Shown piece by piece: positions 27,188-38,743 of a stretch of 64,000 bases of DNA. The position numbers were made by a program, and so were the translations under genes. The number at the start of each line of letters is the position of its first letter. Position 1 is the stretch's first letter. The notes under the pieces are model-generated. The model searched no databases. It worked only from the letters and a program-made list of their open reading frames with translations, and was not told the DNA's origin. The stretch is from positions 29,822,001-29,886,000 of the forward strand of contig NC_091990.1 in NCBI RefSeq assembly GCF_044704955.1, in the 5' to 3' direction. Source of the DNA: Pristiophorus japonicus. Lineage: Eukaryota.

Positions 27188-27834
27188 CTGAAAGGCAGAA
27201 GAGAAAACCTAAGCCAGCTAATAATCTCAGGCAAGAAGTTCTGTTTTCCATATCTCAATTAATTTGCAACTATTTTTTGATTGTTGCATAGGAGCAAGGC
27301 TATGCAGTTTGGAAACATTCCAAGCAAATGGTCCAGCCAACGTGTGTGCAACGCAGGCTGGAGAAATCATATGACCTACTGCTGTAGCGCATCAGCGCCT
27401 ACAGAGGCACCATAAATGCTCCAAGTTGGCATAACGCAATGCTTCCATCTACAGGCAGCACAGAATACTGAAACCAATGGATTGAGATAGCACAATTAAA
27501 CCGGACACACATTGATATGTAGAAAACAAAATGAGTATCAATACTATATTAAATATCATATCCTTAATGAGCAAGCTCCAGACATGGAAAAATGTTCATT
27601 TGGGGTGGGGGGGAATTCATTGAGGTCACGTTGCCGGGTTTCAGATACAACGTACAACTCCTGGTCTGCCTAGGCTACGCGGAAATCATAGATGTAAAAG
27701 GACAGTATGTTAACCACTGTCCCAAGATAAATAAATAACTTCAATCAGCTGTGTCTGGGCTGCATGTAAACTGGGACAATTATATTACTAACAAATTTTT
27801 GCCTGTTCTTGTAAACTCAGAGGTCACTGCTTAC

Positions 27835-27956
27835 CTTGTTCCTTTACGTTTTGCTGCTGTTTTGGTGGGATTACACTTCTGTTGTTTCTCCATTTTTGCA
27901 GATTCTACGAAACTTTGCTTTTGCTTGCTGGCATCCCGTTCGCAAGATGATAAAGT
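27835..27956 (-). CDS. S100PBP: S100PBP coding exon 2
   Basis: Polypyrimidine tract + AAG acceptor, GTAAGC donor, 122 nt. Phases 0/2 bridge the neighbouring exons; translates TLSSCERDASKQKQ...AAKRKGT(R). Confidence 0.82.
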
Positions 27957-28710
27957 CTTTTCCAGAAAAAAAAATATGAAAAGGACAATGGGAAGAGAGG
28001 AAGATGAAAATATATAAAACATTGTTTTTAAAATATATTTTACGATAAGGACATAGCTCGACTAGCAGCACAGCTAGATAGGTGACAGATGCAGTTCAAT
28101 TAAAAAAATTTTAAAATAATACATTTAGAACGCAGTTGAGAACACTGTATATAGAAACATAGAAAATAGGTGCAGGAGTAGGCCATTCAGCCCTTCGAGC
28201 CTGCAGCACCTTTCTATATGATCATGGCTGATCAGTCACCTCAGTACCCCTTTCCTGCTTTCTCTCCATACTCCTTGATCCCTTTAGCTGTAAGGGCCAT
28301 ATCTAATTCCCTCTTGAATATATCCAATGAACTGCCATCAACAACTCTCTGCAGCAGGGAATTCCACAGGTTAACAACTCAGTGAAGAAGTTTCTCCTCA
28401 TCTCAGGTCCTAAATGGCCTACCCCGTATCCTAAGACTGTGTCCCCTGGTCCTGGACTTCCCCAACATCGGGAACATTCTTCCCGCATCTAACCTGTCCC
28501 GTCCCGTCAGAATCTTACACGTTTCTATGAAATCCCCTCTCATCCTTCTAAACTCCAGTGTATAAAGTCCCAGTTGATCCAGTCGCTCCTCATATGTCAG
28601 TCCAGCCATCCCTGGAATCAGTCTGGTGAATCTTCGCTGCAATCCCTCAATAGCAAGAACGTCCTTCCTCAGATTAGGAGACCAAAACTGAACACATGAA
28701 ACTCTTTTGA

Positions 28711-28727
28711 GAAGGCCAAGAAGCGAT
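28711..28727 (-). pseudogene. U2 snRNA 5'-end fragment (about nt 1-16)
   Basis: ATCGCTTCTTGGCCTT versus U2 ATCGCTTCTCGGCCTT (15/16), starting exactly at U2 nt 1 and abutting the tRNA fragment. Confidence 0.6.
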
Positions 28728-28753
28728 ACTCGGATCGCTGGATTCAAAGTCCA
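28728..28753 (-). pseudogene. tRNA-Gln(TTG) internal fragment (anticodon arm, variable loop, T-stem 5' strand)
   Basis: TGGACTTTGAATCCAGCGATCCGAGT, 26 nt identical to vertebrate tRNA-Gln-TTG as recalled; not a complete cloverleaf. Confidence 0.85.
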
Positions 28754-28761
28754 CCAACGGT

Positions 28762-28877
28762 AAACCTACTGCACCTGGTATTCCGAGGTGGTCTCCCATC
28801 CAAGTACTAACTAGGGCTGACTCTGCTTAGCTTCTAAGATCAGACAAGATTGGGCATTTTCAGACTAGTGTGGCCAC
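28762..28877 (-). pseudogene. 5S rRNA pseudogene, near full length
   Basis: TGGCCACACTAGTCTG...GAAGCTAAGCAG...GTTAGTACTTGGATGGGAGACC...GGAATACCAGGTGCAGTAGGTTT. Internal A and C boxes are recognisable, with many CpG-type substitutions; solitary copy. Confidence 0.92.
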
Positions 28878-29590
28878 ATGAAACTCTTAAAGGTTAGTTT
28901 GCAGGTGCAGCAGGTAATCAGGAAGGCAAATGGAATGTTGGCCTTCATTGCGAGAGGGATGGAGTACAAAAGCAGGGAGGTCTTGCTGCAACTGTATAAG
29001 GTATTGGTAAGGCCGCACCTGGAGTACTGCGTGCAGTTTTGGTCACCTTACTTAAGGAAAGATTATACTAGCTTTGGAAGGGGTACAGAGACGATTCACT
29101 AGGCTGATTCCAGAAATGAGGGGGTTACCTTATGATGATAGATTGAGTAGACTGGGTCTTTACTCCTTGGGAGTTCAGAAGGATGAGGGGTGATTTTATA
29201 GAAACATTTAAAATCATGAAAGGGATAGACAAGATAGAGGAAGAGAGGTTGTTTCCATTGGTAGGGGAGACTCGAACTAGGGGGCACAGCCTCAAAATAC
29301 AGGGGAGCCAATTTAAAACCAAGTTGAGAAAGAATTTCTTCTCCCAGAGGGTTGTGAATCTGTGGAATTCTCTGCCCAAGGAAGCAGTTGAGGCTAGCTC
29401 ATTGAATGTTTTCAAGTCAAAGATAGATAGATTTTTAACCAATAGGAGAATTAAGGGTTACGGGGAGAGGGCGGGGGTAAGTGGAGCTGAGTCCACGACC
29501 AGATCAGCCATGATCTTATTGAATGGCGGAGCAGGCTCGAGGGGCTAGATGGCCTACTCCTGTTCCTAATTCTTATGTTCTTATGTTCTT
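28875..29590 (+). mobile_element. 5'-truncated CR1 LINE nested antisense in another CR1
   Basis: ORFs 28878-29102 and 29183-29548; (TTCTTATG)n tail; same subfamily as 10470-10768. Confidence 0.92.
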
Positions 29591-31589
29591 ACAATATTCC
29601 AGGTGAGGCTGCACCAAGGCCCTGTACAATTGCAGTAAAACCTCCCTGCTCCGATACTCAAATCCTCTAGCTATGAAGGCCAACATGCCATTTGCCTTCT
29701 TCACTGCCTGCTGTACCTGCATGCCAACTTTCAATGACTGATAAACCATGACACCCAGGTCCCGTTGCACCTCCCCTTTTCCTAATCTGCCGCCATTCAG
29801 ATAATATTCTGCCTTTGTGTTTTTGCCACCAGTGAATAACCTCACATTTATCCACATTATACTGCATCGGCCATGCATTTGCCCACTCACCTAACCTGTC
29901 CAAATCACCCTGAAGCCTCTTAGCATCCTCCTCACAGCTCACACCGCCACCCAGTTTAAACTTGGAGATATAACACTCAATTCCTTCATCCAAATCATTA
30001 ATGTATATTGTAAAGAGCTAGGGTCCCAGCACTGAGCCCTGCGGCACTCCACTAGTCATTGCCTCCCATTCCGAAAAGGACCCGTTTATCCCAACTCTCT
30101 GCTTCCTGTCTGCCAACCAATTCTCTATCCACGTCAGTACATTACCCCAATACCATGTGCTTTGATTTTGCACACCAATCTCTTATGTGGGACCTTGTCA
30201 AAGGCCTTTTGAAAGTCCAAATACATCACATCCACAGGTTCTCCCTTGTCCACTCTACTAATTACATCCTCAAAAAATTCCAGAAGATTTGTCGAGCATG
30301 ATTTTCCCTTCATAAATCCATGCTGACTTGGACCGATCCTGTCACTGCTTTCCAAATGCGCTGCTATTTCATCCTTAATAATTGATTCCAACATTTTCCC
30401 CACTACTGATGTCAGGCTAACCGGTCTATAATTACCCGCCTTCTCTCTCCCTCCCTTTTTAAAAAAAAAAGTGGTGTTACATTAGCTACCCTCCAGTCCA
30501 TAGGAACTGATCCAGAGTCGATAGACTGTTGGAAAATGATCACCAATGCATCCACTATTTTTAGGGCCACTTCCTTAAGTACTCTGGGATGCAGACAATC
30601 AGACCCCGGGGATTTATCAGCCTTCAATCCCATCAATTTCTCCAACACAATTTCCCACCTAATAAGGATATCCTTCAGTTCCTCCTTCTCACTAGACCCT
30701 CGGTCCCCTAGTACATCCGGAAGGTTATTTGTGTCTTCCTTCGTGAAGACAGAACCAAAGTATTTGTTCAATTGGTCTGCCATTTCTTTGTTCCCCATTA
30801 TAAATTCACCTGAGTCCGACTGCAAGGAACCTAACGTTTGTCTTCACTAATCTTTTTCTCTTCACATATCTATAGAAGCTTTTGCAGTCAATTTTTATGT
30901 TCCCGGTAAGCTTCCTCTTGTAATCTATTTTCCCCCTCCTAATTAAACCCTTTGTCCTCCTCTGCTGAATTCTAAATTTCTCCTAGTCCTCAGGTTTGCT
31001 GCTTTTTCTGGCCAATTTATATGCCTCTTCCTTGAATCTAACACTATCCTTAATTTCCCTTGTTAGCCACGGTTGAGCCACCTTCCCTGTTTTATTTTTA
31101 CTCCATATATAGTTTTTGGCACCCCGTTATAGGAAGGATATAAAACTAGTGGAAAAGCTATGGTGCGGTTTTACTAGGACTGAGGTTACTTGGAAAAAAA
31201 AGAGTGCCGGATTTTGCAACAATAAGGGTGAGGCCAACGGCGCTTACCGTTACAACGGGGTAAATCGGATAGCAACTTCTGGCGTCCGCATATGCAATTA
31301 AACGCACAAATCCGGAAGTTGCTGTCAAGAGATACCCTGCTCCTTCACATGCTGCACTTTTGCAATTCCATGCCGATACTCGGCATTGATATCACTGTAT
31401 CCCACTAATTCTGCACTAAAAACAACTGTAAAAGTTAATGCTCGTGCATTCAGGAGTAACTGAGTATTTAACGGCGTGATATGTGATCATTATTGCTGAA
31501 CAACCTTCTGCTGGCCCTGAAAATTTAATTTTACAAGTGTGGAGTCTCATTTCCTCAGAAGAAAATTCGTGTTGGAGATTTTGTAAAAA

Positions 31590-34500
31590 GATCATAATTC
31601 ATTAAGATTTAGGGTAGTTATGGAAAAGGACAAAAGTCGACCAGGAATAAAGGTTCTCAATTGGGGTAAAGCAAATTTTGCTGAGCTGAGATGGGATTTG
31701 GCCAAAGTGAACTGGAAACGGCCATTTGATGGTAAATTAGTGTCAGAGCAGTGGGAGGCATTCAAGGAGGAGATCCTGAGGGTACAGACAAGTATGTTCC
31801 CTTAAAAAAAATATGGGTGGGGCTAACAAATCTAGAGCCCCCTGGATGTCAAGGGACATACAGGGTAAGATAAAGAAAAAAGGGAAGCTTATGACAGATA
31901 CCGAGAACTCGATACTAAAACTCTAGAGGAGTATAAGAAGTGCAGGGGTGCAAATAAAAAAGATAGCAGGAAAGCAAAGAGAGAACATGAAAGGATGTTG
32001 GCAAGTAAATTCAGGGAAGATCTAAAGATATTTTACCAATACATTAAGAGTAAAAGGATAACGAGAGAAAGAGTGGGGCCTATTAGAGGCCATAAAGGAA
32101 ATTTGCATGTGGTGGCAGAAGACGTGGGTATGATTCTTAATGAATACTTTGCATCTGTTTTCACAAGAGAGGGGCGATGCAGACTTGGCAACGAGGGAGG
32201 AGGAGTACAAAATATTAGATGAGATAAACATAGAGAGGAAGTGTTAAGGGGTTTAGAAGTTTTGAAAGTGGATAAATCCCCAGGCTGAAATGTATCCCAC
32301 CCAGGCTGTTAAGCAAAAGAGGAAATACCAGAGGCTCTGGCCATCATTTTCCAGTCCTCTCTGGCTACAAGTGTGGTGAGAGGACTAGAGGACTGTTAAT
32401 GTATCTTTGTTTATAAAGGGAGAAAGGGATAGAATGAGTAATTACAGGCCAGTCAGCCTAACCTCACTGGTGGGAAAATTATTGGAAAAAATCCTGAGGG
32501 ACAGGATAAATCTTCATTTAGAAACACATGGATTAATCAAGGACAGTCAGCATGGATTTGTTAAGGGAAGGTCGTGTCTGACTAACCTGATTGAATTTTT
32601 CAATCAGGTAACCAGGAGGGTCGATGAGGGCAATGCGTACGATGTAGCGTATATGGATTTCAGCAAAGCTTCTGATAAGGTCCCACCTAGTAAACTGGTC
32701 ACAAAAGTAAAAGCCCATGGGATCCAGGGCAAAATGGTAAGTTGGATCCAAAATTGGCTCAGAAGCAAGAAACAAAGGGTAATGGTTGATGGGTGTTTTT
32801 GTGACTGGAAGGTGGTATCCAGCAGGGTTCCACTGGGCTCAGTGCTGAGTCCCTTGCTTTTTGTGGTATATATCAATGACCTGGACTTGAATGTTGTGGG
32901 TATGATTAATGAGTTTGCAGATGACATTAAAATAGTCTGTGTGGTTGATAATGAAAAAAGCTGCGGACTGCAGGAAGATATCAATGTACTGGTCAGGTGG
33001 GCAGAACAATGGCAAATGGAATTCAATCTGGACAAGTGTGAGGTAATGTCTTTGGAGGTCTAACAAGGCAAGGGAACACATTAAATGGTATGACATTGAA
33101 AAGTGTAGAAGAACAAAGGGACCTTGGGGTGCAGGTCCACAGATCCCTGAAGGTAGCAGGCCAGGTGGATAAGGTGGTTAAGAAGACAGTTGGAATACTT
33201 GCCTTTATTAATCGAGGCATGGAATACAAGAGCAAGGAAGTTATGCTTGAATTGTATAGAACACTGGTTAGGCCGCAGTTCTAGTCACCATGGGCTCAAA
33301 TTTCCCCATGAGTTGCACTGTTTTTTTTTATGTAACTTGATTTTTCTGGTGTTTCTTTTTAATTTCAAATATGACCATTTAATTTGCGCCATTGTAAGCG
33401 AGTTAGTTAGGTTTTTTTTTTTGTTAGGTCAGTTTTTTTTCCCTCCAAAAGGGGGCGTTCCCAACCACTTATACCAGTTATGCCAATTTGGCCAGAAAAA
33501 AGTTGTGCTAAACTAACTTAGGGCAGCATATGTGTCCACTTTTGTCCACACAGAAAGACCTTACATACAGTTAAGGAATCGGCGCAAGTAACAACATTTC
33601 AAGCGCCACCAAGCACCAAACAAAGCACAAGCAGTAATAACCATTCAATAAAAATTAAAGAACTGAAGTAAATAATTAAATTAAGAGCTGAAGTAAATCC
33701 TACCTTCAACTAAACTCGTTTCGGCCTGGGATAGGGGAGGGAGAACGCGGCTGCCACCCAATTGACTTTCAATCCTTTTCGGGCGGGAAATTTTTCCCTT
33801 TTTGCCCAGATTTCAGGTTTTTGGTCAGACTTTAAAAACGGTAGCCTGAAACCTGGCAGAGGCATGGAGCTTCGGCTCCCTCGCGGTGATTGGACTGACT
33901 TGGGCGCATGCTCAACGGTCGGCAAGTGTGCTAGAACCAGGCGGGCCAAGTGTGGAAGGACACAGAGGTCCAGCACAACACACGGCACTATGATTCTAAG
34001 CATCTTTGCGCACTGACATCTTCAAAGAGCTTCACACATAAATTATTTGTAATACAACCTAACTGCATGTTGCTGATTACTTATTGAAACACAGGATGGG
34101 ATGTAGGTTAAGCCCATGGCTGTTACTGTATATGTGCTTCTTTAACATGACAAGACGACCACCCAACCAAACGACACAAAGCCAGCCCAGCATGGCAAGT
34201 GACGTCACTACATGACAAGCTATCCTCGGTCCAAACCACTAGACTTCAGCCAAAAACGATCAACCTCTTCCCCCCCGATCAAAACGCAGTCGCACCAATC
34301 TGTTTCTTGCAACCCACTGCAGCAGGCCATTCGGCCTGGGATAGGGGATGGATGCGTTTTGCAGGCATCACAACCACAATCATGGGACGGAGCTACTGCG
34401 CATGCGCGACTGCTCTACTGCGCATGCGCGCAGCTGCCGGCATGGTTTTCGGCGCAGGGCTGTAGCTCCGACCCCCTACTCCACGAGGAGCGCTGCAGCA

Positions 34501-35068
34501 GGACTCGGGACACACAGCAGAGCGGCCAGAATCATGAGAAAGTTTTTTGGCGCTGTTTCCAGCGCACAAAGTCACCGCATCTCGGGAGAGTGCACCGAAA
34601 AAAGGGGTTGCATTCCAGGAAAGATGTGATTGCACTGGAAAGGGTACAGAGGAGACTTACAAGAATGTTGCCTTGCCTGGAGAATTTTGGCTATGAGAAA
34701 AGATTGGAGATGCTGGGTCTGTTTTCTTTGGAACAGAGGAGGCTGAGGGGAGACCTGATTGAGGTGTATAAAATTATGAGGGGCCTGGATAGATTGGATA
34801 GGAAGGACCCGTTTCCCTTGGCAGGGGGGGGTCAACAATCAGGGGGCATAGATTTAAAGTAATTGGGGGGAGGTCTAGAGGAGATAGGAAGGGAAATTTC
34901 TATCCCCAGAGGGTGGTGGGGGCCTGGAACTCACTGCCTGAAAAGAGTGGTAGAGGCAGGAATCTTCACCACATTTAAAAGATACTTGGATGTGCACGTA
35001 AAGTGCTATAGTGGATACGATGGGCCGAAATGGCCTCCTTCTGTGCTGTAAGTTTCTATGATTCTATG
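31590..35068 (+). mobile_element. CR1 LINE (different subfamily), interrupted by a DNA transposon at 33292-34610
   Basis: ORF 32407-33063 carries RT motifs (NYRPVSLTS, YMDFSKA, FADDIK). The reading resumes at 34611 (RKDVIALERVQRR) and ends in a TTTCTATGATTCTATGA tail. Confidence 0.92.
33292..34610. mobile_element. non-autonomous PIF/Harbinger-like element, right TIR missing
   Basis: Left end GGGCTCAAATTTCCCC. Shares CCAAAAGGGGGCGT, AAACTAACTTAG and AGGCCATTCGGCC blocks with 48343-50061; CAT occurs at both junctions with the host CR1. Confidence 0.7.
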
Positions 35069-35860
35069 AGTACATTTTTCGGTTACTCTTCCTGTCTCTT
35101 ATCCCTCTTTTTATCCCATCTGTATTTTCCCATCTTTATTTCACTTTCTGTACATCATTTAAATATAATTGATATTTCCTGCTTTAGACTCAGTGTGGAT
35201 TCTTCAATCTGATTGGTTGAAGAGCCTCACTGTTGCTTTACCTGCTTACAGACACCGTGTAGAGGACGTCTCGCTGAAACAGACGCCAGATCAGAGCACC
35301 TCTGCACTCTAAAGCCTGCAAAAACTTTGGGCAGCTGTCAGCGAGGTGAATGCAAGTGCCTTTCCTTCACCGCTGACCGCATAATCCGGGCCATTAAAAA
35401 GTGCATGGGAGCAAGGACAAGAGTGGGATTAAGCTACTTGTTCAAGTGGAGAAAAATACCAGCAGACTTGATAGGCCAAATGGCCCACATCTGTTCTGCA
35501 ACATTCTAAGATTCTGTAACAATTCAGCATTGTTAACAAGTGAAAAGACTGGAAATTATATTTTAAAAATTAAGATAAGACAATCTTGTTTTAGGATCCA
35601 ATGGATCTGGACTTACAGCCGAAAGCTATTCAAATTCAAGTCCAATTCATGCATCATGTCTATTCAAGCCAACAGAGACAGAGTGTGCGAAATCGACCAC
35701 ATTAGTGCAGTGACAGTTAATATTCAGACTGGAGGCTGAGGCACATGGCTAACTGTTTCTACTTAAATTTACTACAGCTGTGCTACACACATTTTCTGAG
35801 TAACTCGTGGGATATTCCCACACAACACAAAGACATAAAAAGTATTTATGGGCCGCTTAC

Positions 35861-36829
35861 CTTTAGGTCCTTGACTTTATCGTCAATGTGTACAGGAAAG
35901 CTGATGTTTTCTTTTACCTCATCATCTTTAATAAAAGATACTCTTTCAGAAATCATTTGCTCCCAGAACGTTGACTTATTGTTGTCTTTGAGCAGGTTTT
36001 GCGAGCTGCTTGTCGGGATAGTTACGAGCATCTTGTCTTGATCGCCAGGATCTGTTTCATTAGCGCTGCCTGCATGGTTTGTTTCATCTGCACAAACTAG
36101 CCCATGGTTTATCAAAGCAAGCTCATCAACCGATAGATAAGGCAGATCCGATTTTTCTACGTCACTGCGTTCGGGAACAGAACTGAGATTATGCAGGTCA
36201 GACTTGAGACTTTGGTTAATCTCTTGCTCCACCTTCAATACAGTAACATCTGCTGATGAGTCATCACTCAAATAACTTGCCTGTATTTCATCAATACCAA
36301 GGTAGTTCTCAGATAACTTTGATGTATCTGGGGGAGGCAAAGACAGCAGACTGTTGCTAATATATGTACACTCACAGAGTGTTTTATCATCTACTTGATT
36401 TGCATCATCAAATTTGAGTACAGGTGAAACAGCGTTATCAACGGTGTCATCATCTGATTCCCGAAGAATTCTATCTATTTCCTCGGATGTAAAGTTTATT
36501 GGATCCTCACCATCAACTTCTGTTTCCTCCAATTCCAGCAGTGAATCGTCAAGGTCTTTAATGTCATTCAATATAGTCTTCCTTTGCAAATAAAAAGGGG
36601 ATGCCTCCTTCAAAGGAGTGGATCTTTTAAATGTGATTAGTGTGTTAAACAGACCAAACTGCATATCTGCTGAAGCATTAGCAGACGAAGTGAAATGTCC
36701 TGTATCTTCAGACACTGATGTATTTGCATCTCCTTCGCTCAAGGTATTTGACTGGACGAAATGTCGGAAGCCTGCTTGAGACTCTGCGCTTTCAGTACAT
36801 GGTTGATCACTGCAAGGCGATGAGCACAT
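35861..36829 (-). CDS. S100PBP: S100PBP first coding exon (323 codons); whole exon probably 37036-35861
   Basis: Long non-repeat acidic ORF with probable start MCSSPCSDQ. DLDDSLLELEE...INFTSEEIDRILRE resembles human LDDSLLELSE...VNYTEEEIDALLKE as recalled. Phase-0 donor AAG|GTAAGC; acceptor tttttAG at 37037-37038. Confidence 0.9.
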
Positions 36830-37199
36830 CTTTTCAACAATTCTTGTTGGAGTGTGTACACAAGGAGTAATGGGTGAAAGTTCTCTCCTGAATTGAGATT
36901 TGAGCAACTCATTTGTTTATCACAACACTCATTGTATTAACATGCATGTTACCTTCAACCTTCAATATTCGGCGGCAACAGACACCAAGTCAATCTCCAT
37001 CCATTATTTCCTTCCTGGTTGATTTGTTTCCTTTCCCTAAAAATAGATATTTTGTTGGTAAACTTACATGGTTTTGTCTGACAAATACAAAAGTCAAGTT
37101 AAATTTTTTTTAATTGAAAAGTGGTATATTTATTTGATGACTTGAAAATCATAGGGCTCGGAAAGGTCAAATAATAGATGAATGACCTGTAGCATCACC

Positions 37200-38452
37200 A
37201 ACAACTTGCATTTATATAGCACCTTCAACGTAGTAAAATGTCCCTAGGAGCATACACTGAGCCACAAAGAGCTATTACAGGTAAACAAAAGCTTGGTCAA
37301 AGAGGTAGGTTTTAAGGAGCGTCTTAAAGAAGGAAAGAGAGGCAGAGAGGCAGAGGTTTAGGGAAGGAATTCCATAGCTTAGGTCCTTTGCAGCTGAAGG
37401 CACGGCCAACATTGGTGGAGCGATGAAAATCAGGGATGCGCAAAAGGTCAGAATTGGAGGAGCACAAAGATCTCGGAGGTTTGTGGGACTGGAGAGGTTA
37501 CTGGGATAGGGCAAGTCCATGGAATAATTCGAAAACGAGGATAAGAATTTTTAAAATCAAGGCGTGGCTGGACAGTGAGCCAATTTAGGTCAGCGAGCAC
37601 AGGGGTGAACTGGACGGTGCGAGTTAGGATGCAAGCAGCATTTTGAATGAGCTCAAGTTTACTGAGGGTACACGGTGGGAGGCCAGCCAGGACAGCATTG
37701 GAAGACTAGTTTAGAGGTAAAGGCATGGCATGGATGAGGGTTTCAACAGATGCGCTGAGGCAGGGGCAGAGACAGGTGATGTTAGCAGTCTTGGGTGATG
37801 ATGCAGATATGGGGTCAGAAGCTCAGCTCAGGATCAAATAGGACACCAAGGTTGCAAACAGTCTGGTTCGGACTCAAACAAACAGTGTCCAAGGAGGGGG
37901 ATGGAGTCATTGGCTAGGAAACAGAGTTTGTGGCTGGGAACGAAGACAATAGCTTCAGTCTTCCCAATGTTGGAGGAAATTTCTGCTCATTCAATACTGG
38001 ATGTCGGACAAGCAGCGTGATAGATCAGTGGCAGTGGAGAGGTCGAGCGAGGTGGCGATGAGGTAGAGCTGGGAGCCATCGACGCACGTGGATCCTGCAA
38101 CGTGTTTTTGGATGATGTCGACAAGGGACAGCATATAGTCTCAACGCCGAGAGCATGCAGAAATCAAGCGCAGACAGCGGAAAGAGCATGCAGCGAACCA
38201 GTCCCACCCACCCCTTCCCTCAACGACTATCTGTCCCACCTGTGACAGAGTCTGTGGCTCTCGTATTGGACTGTTCAGCCACCAAAGAACTCACTTCAGA
38301 AGTGGAGGCGGGTCTTCTTCGATTCTGAGGGACTGCCTATGATGATGATGATAATAAATGAGAAAAGGAGGGGACCGTGAACAGATCCTTGGGGGACAGC
38401 AGAGGTAACAGTGAGAGGGCGGGAAGAGAAGCCGTTGCAGGTGATTCTCTTT
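37200..38452 (-). mobile_element. L2 LINE 3' portion with an RTE 3' end inserted at about 38135-38352 (plus strand)
   Basis: L2 tail at 37200 (reverse of CTATATAAATGCAAGTTGT). The RTE piece ends GGGACTGCCTATGATGATGATGAT and matches 56293-56480 in reverse. Confidence 0.8.
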
Positions 38453-38743
38453 TGCTATAGAACTCTAAGCTAAATTCCCTGCTTGCACCAGAATGAATCC
38501 AATACAGAAACTGCTCGCTTCTGAGGCTTCCAGCATAGATAAAGTTGCCAGAAGTAAAGATTCCATGTTAGCACAATTCCAGAAACATATTATTGTAAAT
38601 AGCTAATAGGCTACAGCAATGATCGGTCTGAAATTAACCAGGACGTTCACTCTTTGGTGGCTCTATAACTATCAATCGTAGAGGAAATTCTACTCTTCTA
38701 TTCTGAAATAAATCTCAGTAAAATTGCTGATATAGTAATAGAA

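Larger units (their letters stand above)
28153..31105 (-). mobile_element. CR1 LINE (RT to 3' tail), interrupted at about 28697-29590
   Basis: ORFs 30412-30825, 30134-30403, 29573-29993 and 28403-28747 carry CR1 motifs. The host sequence ACTGAACACA|ACAATATTCCAGG rejoins across the insertion. Confidence 0.94.

Noticed and set aside
27385-27462. CTCF-like motifs in the short S100PBP intron
   Set aside because: Only partial consensus matches; not supportable without a PWM scan or ChIP.
28728-28877. Functional tRNA-Gln or 5S rRNA gene
   Set aside because: The tRNA is only 26 nt; the 5S is solitary, CpG-decayed, missing its first bases and nested in LINEs.
31200-31585. Further DNA-transposon-like CpG-rich segment
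   Set aside because: It resembles MITE interiors, but no matching TIR pair or TSD could be defined.
36830-36907. TTG start given by the ORF track for the 353-aa ORF
   Set aside because: Eukaryotic gene: the ATG at 36829 (MCSS) fits the known N-terminus, and the ORF end VSGP* is intron read-through.
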